56,187 nucleotides of DNA from Octopus bimaculoides (Eukaryota). Below, one piece after another: positions 1-13,333 of the stretch. A program made the translations under genes and the position numbers. The stretch lies in NCBI RefSeq assembly GCF_001194135.2, contig NC_068981.1, positions 65,073,947 to 65,130,133 of the forward strand, written 5' to 3'. The number at the start of each line of letters is the position of its first letter. Positions within the stretch are counted from its first letter, which is position 1. The notes below the pieces were generated by a model. That model was not told the DNA's origin. It saw nothing but the letters and a program-made list of their open reading frames with translations, and searched no databases.

Positions 1-499
1 GGGGAAGTGAGAACCGCTAATTATATTGCCTCTTTTACTTGACCGGTATTTTATTGTATTGACTCAATAAAGATGAATGGTACTCAGATCGTAATGATTT
101 CTTTATTTATAAAGATTTATTGAAAGACCAGTTGCTGAGATAAAAAAAAATTCTCTACAAATGGTTGAATACAGTTTTGACAGAAGGATTTGGAAGAGTT
201 GGGTGAAGGTTCTCCAGTGATTTTCTTTCATGTAAATAAATGTTTTTGTTCATTTTAAAATTTGCCTGCAAACTCTTATAAAATGACAATGTTCTAAAAG
301 ATGTACATGTTTATATGTTATATATGAAAATAAAATAGGTTAGTTTTGATTAATAAAACCCATAAACAGAGTAAAAAATATATCAACTTTTTATAATTGT
401 TTCCAGCATTTTTATTTATTTTTTATGACAACATTAAAATGTTGTATATAAAATGTGAGTGAACGAAAAAGATGGAGGTGAGAGGAGAATATAAGACAA

Positions 500-680
500 C
501 CATCACCGCTCGCACCACTACCAACTTTACCATCACTAATATAACCAGCATCACTACCTCCGCCACCAACATCACTACTACTACAATCGCCACCCTACAA
601 CTACTATCTCCACCATTACTCTATCTCTATTACTACTACTACTACTACTACTACCACTATTACAACTATTACTACTACCT
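500..680. repeat. degenerate (ACC/ACT/TAC)n trinucleotide tract
   Basis: Runs such as tactactactactactacta; explains the Thr/Tyr-rich ORF 472-684. Confidence 0.9.
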
Positions 681-699
681 GTAGCAGAAAACAGCAACA

Positions 700-1066
700 A
701 CCGACTAATCGCATGCAGGAACGTCACGACGATATTATTAAGGCGAGGTTTTTCCGTCTGTGTACTTTCAGTAATAGCAGCAGCAGTCAGCAGTAGCGTA
801 ACCCCCCAGGATTCTTGTAGCAGCGACGTTACGAGCCTGTATAATTATTGTTGGACGTAGTCTGTTGAGTGGTGTTTAGTTTTTTTTTTTAAACTTTCGC
901 CCATTGTTTTTAGATTGGGAATATTGTCATTTTTCTTCACTGTAGTTAGAAAAAAAAAAAAACGATATATATTCACCACCATCATAACCTACACCGACTG
1001 TAACCCTTTAAAAATACATCTTGATTTTTCTATCGTTCTTGTCCCTTGTTTCTTCTAAGTGACAGA
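700..1066 (+). promoter_or_regulatory. putative flot1 promoter / 5' UTR
   Basis: CpG-containing stretch just upstream of the ATG; ACGTCA (CRE half-site) 721-726, AT-rich box about 733-740, TCAGT initiator-like motif 768-772. TSS not provable from sequence. Confidence 0.4.
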
Positions 1067-1112
1067 ATGGGATTCGAAGTGTGTGGACCTAATGAGGTGA
1101 TGGTCATCTCAG
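1067..1112 (+). CDS. flot1: flotillin-1 first coding exon (MGFEVCGPNEVMVIS-G, phase 1)
   Basis: ATG 1067-1069 in strong context (agaATGG); CGPNE motif; donor AG|GTATGT at 1113. Too short for the ORF track. Confidence 0.93.
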
Positions 1113-1140
1113 GTATGTAGTCTTTTATCTTTTCTCTTTT

Positions 1141-1460
1141 TCATTCTGTTTCTCACCTTGTTTTTTTCTCTTTCCACCCCGACTTGTTTTCTTGTTCCCT
1201 CCCGACTTCAAGCACTCTCTCTCTCCCTCTCTTTCTATTCTATCTACCCTTCAAGCTCTCTGTTCCCTTTCTCCTCTCTAATTTGTTTCATCTCTCTTCA
1301 CCTAGTTTTTCTATTCCCCTTTTCTTTCTCCACTCCATGTTTTCTGTCTCTCTTTTCTAAAAGCTCTCTGTTCTCTCTTTTACTCTCACCTATTTTTCTC
1401 CCCCCCCCATTTCTCCCTGTCATTCATTTACACCCAACACACACACACACACACACACAC
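1141..1460. repeat. CT-rich low-complexity tract ending in (CA)n
   Basis: Direct reading; (AC)n at about 1438-1460. Confidence 0.85.
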
Positions 1461-1859
1461 AAAACCATTCTTCCCTCAAAACATCAACAGTAAAATTGAT
1501 TAAAATTGGTTCAGCTTTTGCGATATCAATACAATAACAATAGCAACACTAACAGTAGCAGCAGCAGTAGCAACAGTAGTAGTATTGCTTTCTCACAAAT
1601 TAGTAATTACTATAATGTATTAGTAGTTGTTGTAATTCAAGTACTGTCAATAGGTAGTTGCAGCAACAGTAGTGGTAGTTCAATTTGTGGTTTAATCCCA
1701 GGTTGGCCATTATCAAGCAGGCCTATAGTCAAAAGTGTTCCAACCGTGACAATCTCGTTTATTTTTCTACAACTATACTGCATCAAAAAACTATGTCATC
1801 TTCTGTGTCCTTCATTTAGGGTATGCTTTGGGGGGAGATTTCTGACAGATTCATGACCC

Positions 1860-2060
1860 CCTTGTTGATAGTTTAAGTTGTTTAGCTCCCCAGGTCAGCA
1901 CTGCTAAAAAAAAAAAACAGACATACCCATTTAGGTCGTTCCAATTGTTACCAACCCATTTTTATTCATACAGTATATCTAGGACCGACATACCCAAGAT
2001 GTCCTTATCTTTTTTTTTTTTAAGACGACTGCGAGAGGTTTGTTTGTTAATTGCTAAAGT
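1860..2060 (-). mobile_element. dispersed repeat family D (unclassified SINE/LINE-tail-like), antisense copy
   Basis: Reverse complement of the GCTAGAAATAGCAGCCAAAT...GATCAGGGCTGACCTGGGGCTAAACAAC element. Related decayed copies near 3075-3240(+), 3590-3790(-), 5900-6110(-), 14886-15040(+), 21775-21985(+), 29620-29810(+), 34470-34620(-), 39124-39450, 42880-43050(-), 48690-48890(-). Confidence 0.7.
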
Positions 2061-3378
2061 TCATTCGACCACGTAGAGGTTAACTCGTTATTTTGTGTGC
2101 AGTTTTAGAAATGAATTAGTAGAAGTAGTAATTTTCCATTGAAAATCCCTTCTCTATTGATAACATATACAGTTGCGGTAGTTATTGTGATTATGTTTGT
2201 AGTAGTAAGTGGTTTTCTTCACACACCCACTGCAAATTTTTTCGTGATTGAAAAAAAATTATATATTAGAATTTCGTTCTTCTCAGTTTCAAATTGATGG
2301 TCGAAAAGTGTTCTTGCTGTTACCATCTCATTATTATTATTATTTGTAAATATGGGACGCCATTATCCTATATGTCCTTTTAAAAAGATAGGGTGAGGCT
2401 TGAGGGACATTTGATTGCTTTTTCTTTTATATTTTTGCATTTTTTTAAGCAGATCTACCGATCCTGTTTGTAGCAGCTATGATGTTGGCTCAGTTACAGA
2501 AGGGAGGTTGCTTTCCATTCCTTATAAAGGTCATTAAAATTAGATAGCAGTAACATAGAAATTGTTCAATCTGATTATAAACTTCTTTTTCGAAACGAAA
2601 ACAAATGGGTGGAGGTCTTACGTAAGTTGGATTTTCTCCGTTTTGACGGGAATTTTTCAAATCTTTTTTTTTCTTCACTACTCACTCCAAAATGATGGGC
2701 GCCAACCGACGCCAAAGTAAAGAATTCGTTCAGGTTGTTTATTTTGTTAATGTTTCTGTATATATTTAAGAAATATATATATTGAGAAAGGTGCAAACTG
2801 ATTTGAACTTCTGGTAGCAAAAAAAAAAATAATAATAAAATGGTAACGGATGCTTGTAAACGATTGTTTTGTTATTGTTTTCCCCCTTAATTAATCGAAT
2901 TATTGTTGAATAAAAGGTACTAAAAAGATAATTCCGTCATGCTACAAATAAAATTAAGATCTCCCCTAATGCTTTACCAGACGTATAAAGAGTTTAATAC
3001 GTTAATCGTAAGCTGACTGGGTACCTTTAAGGTTATAACCAATATCTACTGACATAACATAACGAGAATCCTTTACATGGGCGCTAACCTGCTAGAATTA
3101 GCAGCCAGATTTACTCCAAATCACACCCTGTTCTCTTTAACTCACAGGCACATCACAAAGGACATTAATCTAAAAAAACAGTCTTGATGATTGTACATGT
3201 ATCTGCCTGATTAATGCGCTGACCTGGGACTGACAAATTAACAATTAGATGGCCTGAATTTCAGCAGCAATTTCACTGTTTTTCTGTTCTGCTTTTCATA
3301 ATTTTTAGAAATTAGACAAAACATTAAAAGCTACCAACCATATTTTTCATTTAATCCGTATTTTATTGCAGACACATA

Positions 3379-3393
3379 CTCTCTCTCTCTCTC

Positions 3394-3450
<57 letters not shown>
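3379..3450. repeat. (CT)n microsatellite
   Basis: About 36 CT units with one interruption. Confidence 0.98.
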
Positions 3451-3455
<5 letters not shown>

Positions 3456-5289
3456 GGAGTTGTACAATTTGCACTATTAAATCCTATAAATATACCTTCC
3501 CCAATCATTGTCGCAGTCATCATTTCTGGCGTTTCTGCATCGTTTACTTCATACCTGAAGCTCAATATTCTCGATTTGTCGCTTTTTTGTCCCGGGAAAC
3601 TCTGGCTGAGCAGACCTATGATCAAAAATGTGTTAACTCTGACCATCTCCTCCTCCTTTTGAACTTCTCGTATCTAAAACTACATTATCTATCGTCTCTC
3701 TCTCTTTAAGATGGTAGGGCAGGGTATGAATGTATGACTGCTATTTCTAGCAGCTGGTCGAACGAGACCATCTAATGCTTCCCTCTATGGCGTTCTGTTT
3801 TTTATGGCTTGCATCACCCTCACCCCCGATAACGTGCTTTTGGTTTTTTAACTACACTCTAATGTATTTATGGTAAGTTGAGCGTTGATGGTTATGACGT
3901 CAAGTAGAAGCTAGCCCTGCCTGATGAAATCTTGCATTTCATCATATAACAATAATACGAGGCTTCCCGTGAAGTTTCATTAAGAAGACTCGGTGTTAAT
4001 TTGCTGTATGTAGTAATGTAATTTTATGTTCCTTGTTCCAATTCCGCTTTGGTCAACCTATTTTTCTTCCTTCTGGGGTCAGTTAACAAACCAGTCATGT
4101 ATTGTAGCCGATCTAATCGATTATTCCTTTCAGCATTTCTAGTCTTGAGCCTTTTTTGGAAACGATTATTTTATTAGGGAGCTAGCCCTGAAAGTTGGGA
4201 CGTATATCATCTCCGAGTGACTATCGTGTTTTGGCCCTTTTTTTCTTTTTTTCCTTCTGATCAAGGCTCTTTGGGGTTTTTTTTTTCTAAGAGATGCATT
4301 CAGTTTATCAGATGGCTCATTTACTCTTTCAACACACCCGGTACAGAAGACAGTTTAACGTGGGTGACAATGCGCAGACACACCGCTGACGCTGCAGCAT
4401 CTGCAGAAATTCCTAAACGTTAAAGTGTGGTCGCTGTTTGTGATGCATATTTTCCTCTTCGTTTATTTGTCGGAGTCGCAAGCCTGGGTCAAGGACGAAG
4501 ATTTGAACCCCTTACAACTAGGCGCTCAGTTTTCTAACAATCGGACAGTTTGGTCGGTTAGTACATCAGCTCTTGCATTCTGTTGAGGGTTGGTAGTGGG
4601 CAAGAACGATGGCATTCACGGAGAAACTCTGGACGTTGATGAGGATGAACTAAACAGCCTATTTCAAAAGATTTTCAGCTGTAGGGAGCTTCGAAGAGTT
4701 AATGAGGTGGGTTTATTTGAAACTGATCTACATCCTAGCATTATAGTGGCATAGCTTGGGATTTGCAAATTGATCAGGGCAACCACTTTAGTTTGCTGTA
4801 GTTAAAGGTGTGTTAAAGAGGAGGCCAATTTGGCTACTGCACAAGGTAGCTAAAACCCACTTAACATGACTGTGATATTGCTAACCTATGGAGTTACTGG
4901 GAACACCATTTGTTGCATGTAGTGTATATCCACTTATAATCCAAGTCCTTCGAGATCATAACCTGTCATTTTCCATTTGTTGAAAAGTATCTCCTTTCAG
5001 TCCTTTCGACCTTGTCCACTATATTGGGAGAAACTTTGCCAGAATTTTAGAGGAGCTATCATTACCTCAAGGAAAATGAAAAGGATATCGTATTGGAGGT
5101 AGGGTGCAAAAATGTGAAAATTTGGGATTTTGTGAGGAAAGTTCTCTCGGAATTCTTTCCCTTTGTATGAAAGACATGAATAATAATAAATAAGCATCAA
5201 AATGAAGGGAGAAAATACCCAATGTCATGACCTTTTCCTTTGCCATGTGGAAGCAATAGCTAATCTCAAACTCCTCCAAAACTTTCTCC

Positions 5290-5425
5290 ATATAGTGGGC
5301 AAGGTCAAAAGCTCCAAAGGCAGACACTTTCCTCTTTGACTAAGTTCTCATCAACTTATTCAAGTTCCAGCTGGAGAGGAAGTTGAGGGAAGTGCTACCC
5401 TCTTTAAATTTGCTGAAAAGCAAGT
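5290..5425 (+). mobile_element. possible decayed L1/Tx1-like LINE ORF2 C-terminal fragment
   Basis: Translates WARSKAPKADTFLFD*VLINLFKFQLERKLREVL, resembling Tx1-type ORF2 ends as I recall them from octopus repeats; not verified by search. Confidence 0.35.
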
Positions 5426-7043
5426 GAGAGTAAGTATAAGCCTACCCTTAACATGCACCCTATAAGCTGGAGAAACCACTGGACAAGGACACTTTACTTT
5501 GTTAGTTAAGGTAATACAAGATCTGTGGATTTCCTTGACTAGCTCTAAAAGAAATGCCAGGCAATATTTACTTAGCTCTTTTTATCATCTGAGTTCAAAT
5601 ACTGCCAAGGTCATCCTTGCTTTCATCATTTGGGTGGGGGTGGAGGTGTCAATAAAATAAAGTACCAGTGAAGTACAAGTGCCAGTATAATTGACTAACT
5701 GCCCTTTACTCATAAACACACCCTCACACCAAAATTAGAAACAGGATTGGCAGATTTAATTTAGTGGTTACATCATTTTTTGAGTTCAAGTCCAGCCAGA
5801 GCTGTTTTTTATTTTTTTCTAGGGTACTAGTCAACAGTTCATCCATTTATTTGCAGTATTAAGTCTTGGAAGGTTTGTGCATATTTATTTTAGGAGGGTT
5901 TGTTGATTAACTCAAGGTCAACCAAGATCAAGAAGACCTATGATCAAATGCTTTCCAATTGTGACTAAGCAGTCTTCTTTCTAAACACATTCTATCTCTA
6001 AGACTAATATTATTTCTAAGTTTAGTGTCAAGAAAATATTTATTGTCTTCTATTTTTTTCTAATGAGAGTGGATTTAAGTGTTGTTTCTAGTGAGCCTAT
6101 CAATCACATAGAAAGAATGGTAACCCTTTGCACAGATGATATTTTATCTGTCAAATAATCCACTGAAGCATTAAAAGTTTAAACCTTATGATCAAAACAG
6201 TAATTTAATATGAATTACATATATCACTTGACCCATGCAAGCATGGAAAATGGTAATGAATGCATAGAATGAGTCATTATCTTTCTCAGTACAGATTCCT
6301 CCTCACAGGTTCTTACACACTTGCAATTTTCCCCTAGTGCTAAAAAGATTCCCTATGCCTGACCTAAGGGTTCCATCAGTGAACCACAACTGGTGTTGGT
6401 TTACTTACATCCCCATAACTTAGCAGTTTGGTTCAGCAAAAGAGACTGATAGAATAAGTACCAGACTTTAAAAGATAAGTATTGAGCTTGATTTGGTTTG
6501 CTAAATTCTTCAAAGTGATCCCCCAGCAAGGCTGTAGTCCAATGACTGATACACATAAAAAATAAAGCATGCATTTGTAGATATATAAAAAACACACACA
6601 CACACACATGCACGCGCACACACTACCATAGTACTTGTAAAACATGACTGTTTGAGGATGCAATATATTATGCAAGCAATGTGCATGAAAAGTTAGACAG
6701 TGATATTAGCTTATACAGATATAGAGCTAAGCTGATGGTAAACATAAGAGTAATTAGATATCAATGTATGGGTGTAAAGTCACTTAGTAAAGTGAACTCA
6801 GTCTGTACTTTTCCACAAACACATATTTACTACCTTTTTCCCTGTTTCTAGTTTCATTGTAGGTGTGTGCCACATACACACCCACAGTCAATCCAGCTAT
6901 CTTTCTCATTGTATTTAAGTGCGTCTTATTTACAATTGTGACATCTGTTAACAATTATTTGATAACTTCTAAAGTACAGGCACAAGGATTGTCAATTTCA
7001 CATTATCACCAGATTTGGCAGTATAAGGTCACACACACACACA

Positions 7044-7423
7044 CATGCTTGTGTCGTAAGAAGTTTGGTTCCAAACCACATGGTTCTGGGTTTAGTCCCA
7101 CTACATGGCATCTTGGACAAATGTCTTCTATAGCCTTGAGCTAACCAAATCCTTGTGAATGGATTTGATAGACAAGTGTCTTCTATAGCCTTGGGCTAAC
7201 CGAATCCTTGTGAATGGATTTGATAGAAACCCCATTATGAGTGCGTGTGTGTATGTATGTATATAGCTTTGTTTCTCCCCTACCACTGCTTGACAACCAA
7301 TGTTGGTGTGTTTACATCTACAGGCTTAAGGAAAAAGTACTGAGATTGGTTCATTCAAGTAAAATTCTTCAGGGGTGTGCCCCAGCATAGCTACAGTCTA
7401 ATGGCTGAAACAAGTGAAAGATA
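7044..7423 (+). mobile_element. tRNA-derived SINE family A with an internal 55-bp tandem duplication
   Basis: Head GTGTCGTAAGAAGTTTG...GGTTTAGTCCCACT, core, (TG)n linker, tail CCCCAGCATAGCTACAGTCTAATGGCTGAAACAAG. Confidence 0.8.
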
Positions 7424-8195
7424 TGCACACACACTCACACCCACCCACTCACTCATGCATATACTCTCCAATACTTACATTTGTCTCACATCCTGATTAC
7501 AAAAGCCATTAAATGAGACAGTGAGGACTACTTGTATATCTCTTTCAGATATCTTCTTAGTATTGATTATTCTATTACTTGAAATACATTCATACTATAA
7601 TTATTGATACTGTTAAATTGTTTTAGTAAATATAGCTTTTGTATATGTGTGTCTGTGTTATAACATTTTTTTTTTATGTATAAACTTGGAGCTAAGTGAA
7701 TATGTATTTATACACAGATCTGTGCTTGTGCAAACACTTATTGCAATTTACTGCTTATGTATTGTTACAGTTAATTCAAAACATAATTTTATTTATCTAA
7801 CAAGATTTTAAACTTTAATTAGGGCCGGTACATTTGCAGTGGTAGTGATTAAGCCATCTGCTTCATGCTCTACACATCTAAGTTCAAACTCCCGAAATCC
7901 TAGTAAGATGGTGAATTAGCTGACGCATAAGTCTCCTACAAAATACTTGAGTTATTTAGTTACAACCGTTTATGTTCTAATTTCAAATCCTGTCAATGTC
8001 GGTTTTGCCTTTCATCTTCTGAGGGTCAATAAGTTAAAGTATCAAGCAAGTAGAAGAGCCAATTCATAGAGAGCATCCTAGATGTTAATGAAACTAATGA
8101 CATAAAGGACTGGGTTTTTTTTTCTATTTTTTATCTACGTTTTGATATTGAAAAAAAAAAGTACTACTGGTGTGTATGTGTGTATATATAAATAT

Positions 8196-8493
8196 ATAAT
8201 ATCACAGTATTGACCAGACTATCAGATGTTGTTATACCTCGCTGGTCTCAACGTGCTTCTCATTGTTTTATCTTCTGAATGATGCCAGCCCACTGGCTTG
8301 GTGAGCAGACAAACATTCCCCCTAATTGGAAGGTTATTCCATTCCAGGGTTACCCATTTACGGCTGAGTAGACTGCAGCAACATGAAATAAAGTGCTTTA
8401 CTCAAGAACACAATGTGACACCCGGTTCAGGAATTGAACCCATGATCTAGCAATCATGAGTGCAGTACTCCAACCACTGAACCACGCGACTTC
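8196..8493 (-). mobile_element. tRNA-derived SINE family E, antisense
   Basis: Reverse complement has A-box-like GTGGTTCAGTGG, B-box-like GGTTCAATTCC and a GTGTTCTTGAGTAAAGCACTTTATTTCA core. Confidence 0.7.
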
Positions 8494-8746
8494 ATACACG
8501 CATATAATCATTTAGCATCTGTATTCCGAGAAAATTTAAAACTTGAAAAGCAAAGGGATTAGTTACTTATATAACATTATTTCTCTAAGATGTGTGAATG
8601 TCATAATGTATCCTTCTTGAGAATATGACTTGACATGCATTGGAGATGTATAGTGGTTGGATCATCTGCAGCAATGAATCTACTCAGCAATTTTTTTCTC
8701 TTTACTGTATGTATGTGTATATCTATTAACATGTGTACATGCACAC

Positions 8747-8789
<43 letters not shown>

Positions 8790-8791
<2 letters not shown>

Positions 8792-9102
8792 ACTGGCACT
8801 CCGTTACTTATGATGACTAGGATTTCAGTTGATCTGATCAACAGAACACCCTGTTCATGAAATCATGCAAGTGGTTGATCACTCCATAGACACATGCACC
8901 CTTAAGTAGTTCGCAGAGATATTTAGCATTGTGACAAGGCTGACACTTTGAAATACAGTTACTACTCATTTTTTCCAGCTGAGTGGACTGGACCAACATG
9001 AAATAAAGTGTCTTGCTCAAGGACATAATGTGTCGCTGGGAATTGAGCTCACGACCTTACAATTGTGAGCTGATTACCCTAACCACTAAACCATGCGCCT
9101 TC
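8790..9102 (-). mobile_element. tRNA-derived SINE family E, antisense, different 3' tail
   Basis: Reverse complement GAAGGCGCATGGTTTAGTGGTTAGGG...TATGTCCTTGAGCAAGACACTTTATTTCATGTTGGTCCAGTCCACTCAGCTG. Confidence 0.75.
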
Positions 9103-9380
9103 ATAGAAACAGGAGTTGTTGCTGGCAGTGACTTTGAAGTTTCATCCTGCTTAGCCTTCGTCAAACAGTCCACTGAAGGCTAAGTAGACCACAACTTCGA
9201 AATCACTGTCAACAATTATTCTCATAAAGGAATAATAAATATGTACTCTAAAAAACAATATCGATTCATCCTTCAGTTTGATGTAAAATATTTATTGCAA
9301 CTCAACATAAAAACAAACCTTTATTTATATTTATATATTTGACAAAAGAAAAAAAAATGAACATCCTGAAATACAATCTG

Positions 9381-9612
9381 TGTATGCATGTGTGTCTTCA
9401 TATCTATATTTGTACCCCACCACCGCTTGACAACTGGTGTCAGTGTGTGTTTATGTCCCTATAACTTAGCCGTTTGACAAGAAACCAACAAAATAAATAC
9501 CAGGCTTTAAAAATTTTTTTTAAATGAAGTACTGAGGTTGATCCATTTGACTAAAATTCTTTGAGGCAGTGCTCCAGCATGGCTGCAGTCTAATGACTGA
9601 AACAAGTAAAAG
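9381..9612 (+). mobile_element. SINE family A, 3' half
   Basis: CACCACCGCTTGACAACTGGTG...GCTCCAGCATGGCTGCAGTCTAATGACTGAAACAAGTAAAAG. Confidence 0.8.
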
Positions 9613-9680
9613 CTTTATAATCTATATATTAGATTTATAGACATTTAGTTATTTATAAATATGTACAGTGTATGTGTGTG

Positions 9681-9717
<37 letters not shown>

Positions 9718-10230
9718 TAAATTGAAGGATAAAGATGTATACAGAGAGAGAGATGAACGATAGGCATTTGACAATGCTTACATAAATGCTTGTGGTGCTT
9801 TAATGCACAAAAAAAAAAGGGCAGGCAACCTGAGAGTAGTGGCAGAAGAGATAGGATTATAGTCAATTAAATAATACTAGTTGAATTGATAAACCAACTA
9901 TTCCCTTATCACTAAAATGTGTGTTCTTGTGTCACAATGATAGAATTTCCAATGTAGTTGTTTTTTTTTTCATTTTTAAGTGTATGAGAACACTAGCTTC
10001 ATTTGTATGTGTGTAATAAAGCAAGGGAGATGAAATGTATATTCAGCATTCACTAGCCATGATGCTGGTAGTGTGTAACACAGCTGTCGCCTTGTTGGCG
10101 CCTTGCACAACATTCCCTTCTACAGATTGCAGCATTGAATCATAACTCTGTTGCAGTCTATCACCCCCACCAATTTATTTTATTCTTCTTTCTCTCTCTC
10201 TTTCTCTCTCTTTCTTTCTCTCTTTCTCTT

Positions 10231-10263
<33 letters not shown>

Positions 10264-10447
10264 AACGACAGTACTGTTCATTGTTGCCAATTCTTTTTAT
10301 TTGATTTCATTGTTCTTTCTTTTTTGTTAACAATTATAATTATCATCTTTACTCCCACATCTCTCTCTCTCTCTCTCTCTCCAAATATTTATATAGTAAA
10401 TATTTTGCATGCATAAGACAAATATATATTAATGACTTTATATATAC

Positions 10448-10620
10448 GTATACAGATATACGCTGACAAGCGTATCTATATACATATACACAAACGCATA
10501 CACACATATATGTATACAGATATACGCTGACATGCATATCTATATACATATACACAAACGCATACAAACATATATGTATACAGATATACACTGACAAGCA
10601 TATCTATATACATATACACA
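10448..10620. repeat. 64-bp minisatellite, about 2.7 copies
   Basis: GTATACAGATATAC recurs at 10448, 10512 and 10576. Confidence 0.92.
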
Positions 10621-10819
10621 TTATACTTGGCTAGATATTTAACCAATTGACTAACAATAAAGAAGTGATATTGAACCAGTACACATGTTTATCATTGGCA
10701 TAATGACCCTCCCAGGAGACCACAAGAAATATATTATTTACAAAATGCAGGAAACGAATTTGATATTTTATGTTTTATAAAACATTCCACAGATTTCAGT
10801 AAATTAATTGCTATATATA

Positions 10820-11445
<626 letters not shown>

Positions 11446-11720
11446 TGAGGATGCATGGCTTAGTGGTTAGGGTATTGCACTCGTAATCTAGCAATTATGA
11501 TTTCAATTCCTAGACTGGCTGGTGCATTGTGTTCTTGAGCAAAACACTTCATCTTGTGTTGTTCTGTGATCACTTTGACACCTGATGCATGGTACACGGT
11601 GCACTTGTTCAGACAACATCGATCTGTGTGCTGCATAAACATTTGATCACTATAAACAAATCATTTGTGTAGGTCATTCAGCAAAAGCTAAATGCTCATA
11701 CATCGTCTTTGATAAGAGAG
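11446..11720 (+). mobile_element. tRNA-derived SINE family E, sense
   Basis: GCATGGCTTAGTGGTTAGGG head and GTGTTCTTGAGCAAAACACTT core. Confidence 0.7.
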
Positions 11721-12425
11721 TCCAGTTTATAGGGCAAGTAGGGGTTTGCACAAGGGTAGTAAACTGGCAGTTGTTAGAGCATCAGGCCTTGTAGTTTGTG
11801 TTCTGACTTTAAATCCCTACAAAGTCAACTTTGCCTTTCATCCTTTCAGGATCATAAAAATGATTTTTTTTTTTTAAAGTACCAATCCACCACTGTCAAT
11901 TGGCAAAACTGTACAAACATCAGACTGGATGCCTGGCAATATTTATTCCTGCTCTTTGTGTTCTGAGTCCAACACCTTCTATGGCCTTTCTTGGATGATA
12001 AACTTAACTGATCGGTTTAAAACCACCACCTGGCACCTTCGGTGCTCTTAGCTCAGTTCACTCTACTGCATGTGTTTGGGCCAGGTTTCCAGTTTGGAGA
12101 TACCTTTCCTCCTTCCATTCTTTACCAGAGGAATGTAATGGGTCATAGGCACCACCTCCTTAAATAAAAAAAAAAAAGACAAAAAAAAATAGGATTCTAT
12201 ATTGAAGAGTAAATCTCTTTATTTATGTAGAAAGCTATATGTGACTCAAGGTCAGATTTTCTTGTTTTATGAATCACAAAACACTTAGACCTTGAGCTAC
12301 TTATGTAGCTTTACATCTTCCAAATGAATAATTGAATTTCTTTGTTTCATTATACACACTGAGATCAAAACAGCTGTTAGAAATATGCATGAAAGGTGAA
12401 TTTTAAATATGCATATATAATAGGT

Positions 12426-12792
12426 GGAGGCATAGTAAGAAGTTTGCTTCCCAAATACAATCCCACTGCCTGACACTTTGAGCAAGTGTCTTTTACTATA
12501 GCTGTGGACCAACCAAACCCTTGTGAGTGGATTTGATAGATGGAAACTGAAAGAAACCTTTTGTTTGTGCTTGTATCTCTTTGTCTTGACGTCGTATGAT
12601 AGTTGTAAATGTGTGTCACTGTCATATAAGCAGTCATTCAATACCAATATTCTTTGAGAACATGTCTGGGGAAATATCTTGCTTGGAAATGGGTGGGGAG
12701 TTGGCAACAGAAGGGCATCTGGCTCTAGAAAATCTGCCTCAAATAAATTCCATCTGACCCATGCAAGCATGGAAAAGTGGATATTAAATGAT
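12426..12792 (+). mobile_element. SINE family B (family A head/core plus RTE-type tail)
   Basis: Ends GACCCATGCAAGCATGGAAAAGTGGATATTAAATGAT. Other copies 13871-14264(+), 26561-26945(+), 17400-17797(-). Confidence 0.8.
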
Positions 12793-13148
12793 ATGGCTGT
12801 GTGGTAAGTAGCTTGCTTACCAACCACATGGTTCTAGGTTCAGTCCCACTGCATGGCACCTTGGGCAAGTGTCTTCTACTATGGTCTTGGGCTGACCAAA
12901 ACATTGTGAGTAGATCTGGTAAACAGAAACTGAAAGAAGCTCGTTGTGTGTGTGTCTGTGTTTGTCCCCACCACCATCGCTTGACAACCGGTGTTAGTGT
13001 GTTTGTGTCCCCGTAACTTAGCGGTTCAGCAAAAGAGACAGATAAAATAAGTACTAGACTTACAAAGAACAAGTTCTGGGGGTCAGTTTGTTTGACTAAA
13101 GGCAGTGCACCAGCATGGCTGCAGTCAAATGACTGAAACAAAAGAATA
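12793..13148 (+). mobile_element. SINE family A, near full length
   Basis: ATGGCTGTGTGGTAAGTAGCTTGC...GGTTCAGTCCCACTG...CACCTTGGGCAAGTGTCTTCTAC...GCAGTCAAATGACTGAAAC. Other sense copies 29171-29457, 30759-31138, 41561-41957. Confidence 0.88.
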
Positions 13149-13333
13149 TATAACGTATGAAGTTATATTTTCCAAGGATGTGGTCTCTAGAAGACAATCA
13201 TTTGACAAATTTATTGTATAAGATAAATTTGTAGCATACTCTTTCTAAAGCAATTTTTTTCCTTTGAACAACTGATATCAAATGAATGACTAAAGTACTT
13301 ATAGAATAGCAAGAGGTTTAATATTTATTTCAT

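Noticed and set aside
472-3662. Thr/Tyr-, Ser/Leu-, Ser/Asn- and Glu/Arg-rich ORFs (472-684, 1158-1493, 1506-1856, 3347-3662) and similar VCVC/YIYI ORFs elsewhere
   Set aside because: Translations of microsatellite or low-complexity DNA.
4997-5327. Twin-priming 5' inversion of the L1-like fragment (minus-strand MAKE motif)
   Set aside because: The motif sits next to the supposed junction rather than at the far end, and the surrounding similarity is poor.
8960-9102. tRNA genes at SINE heads (also 11446, 12793, 13334)
   Set aside because: A/B-box-like motifs are present, but there is no closable cloverleaf and each runs into a SINE core.
10448-10620. Hairpin-containing repeats as a CRISPR-like array
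   Set aside because: Eukaryotic context, contiguous 64-bp units, no unique spacers, no cas genes.
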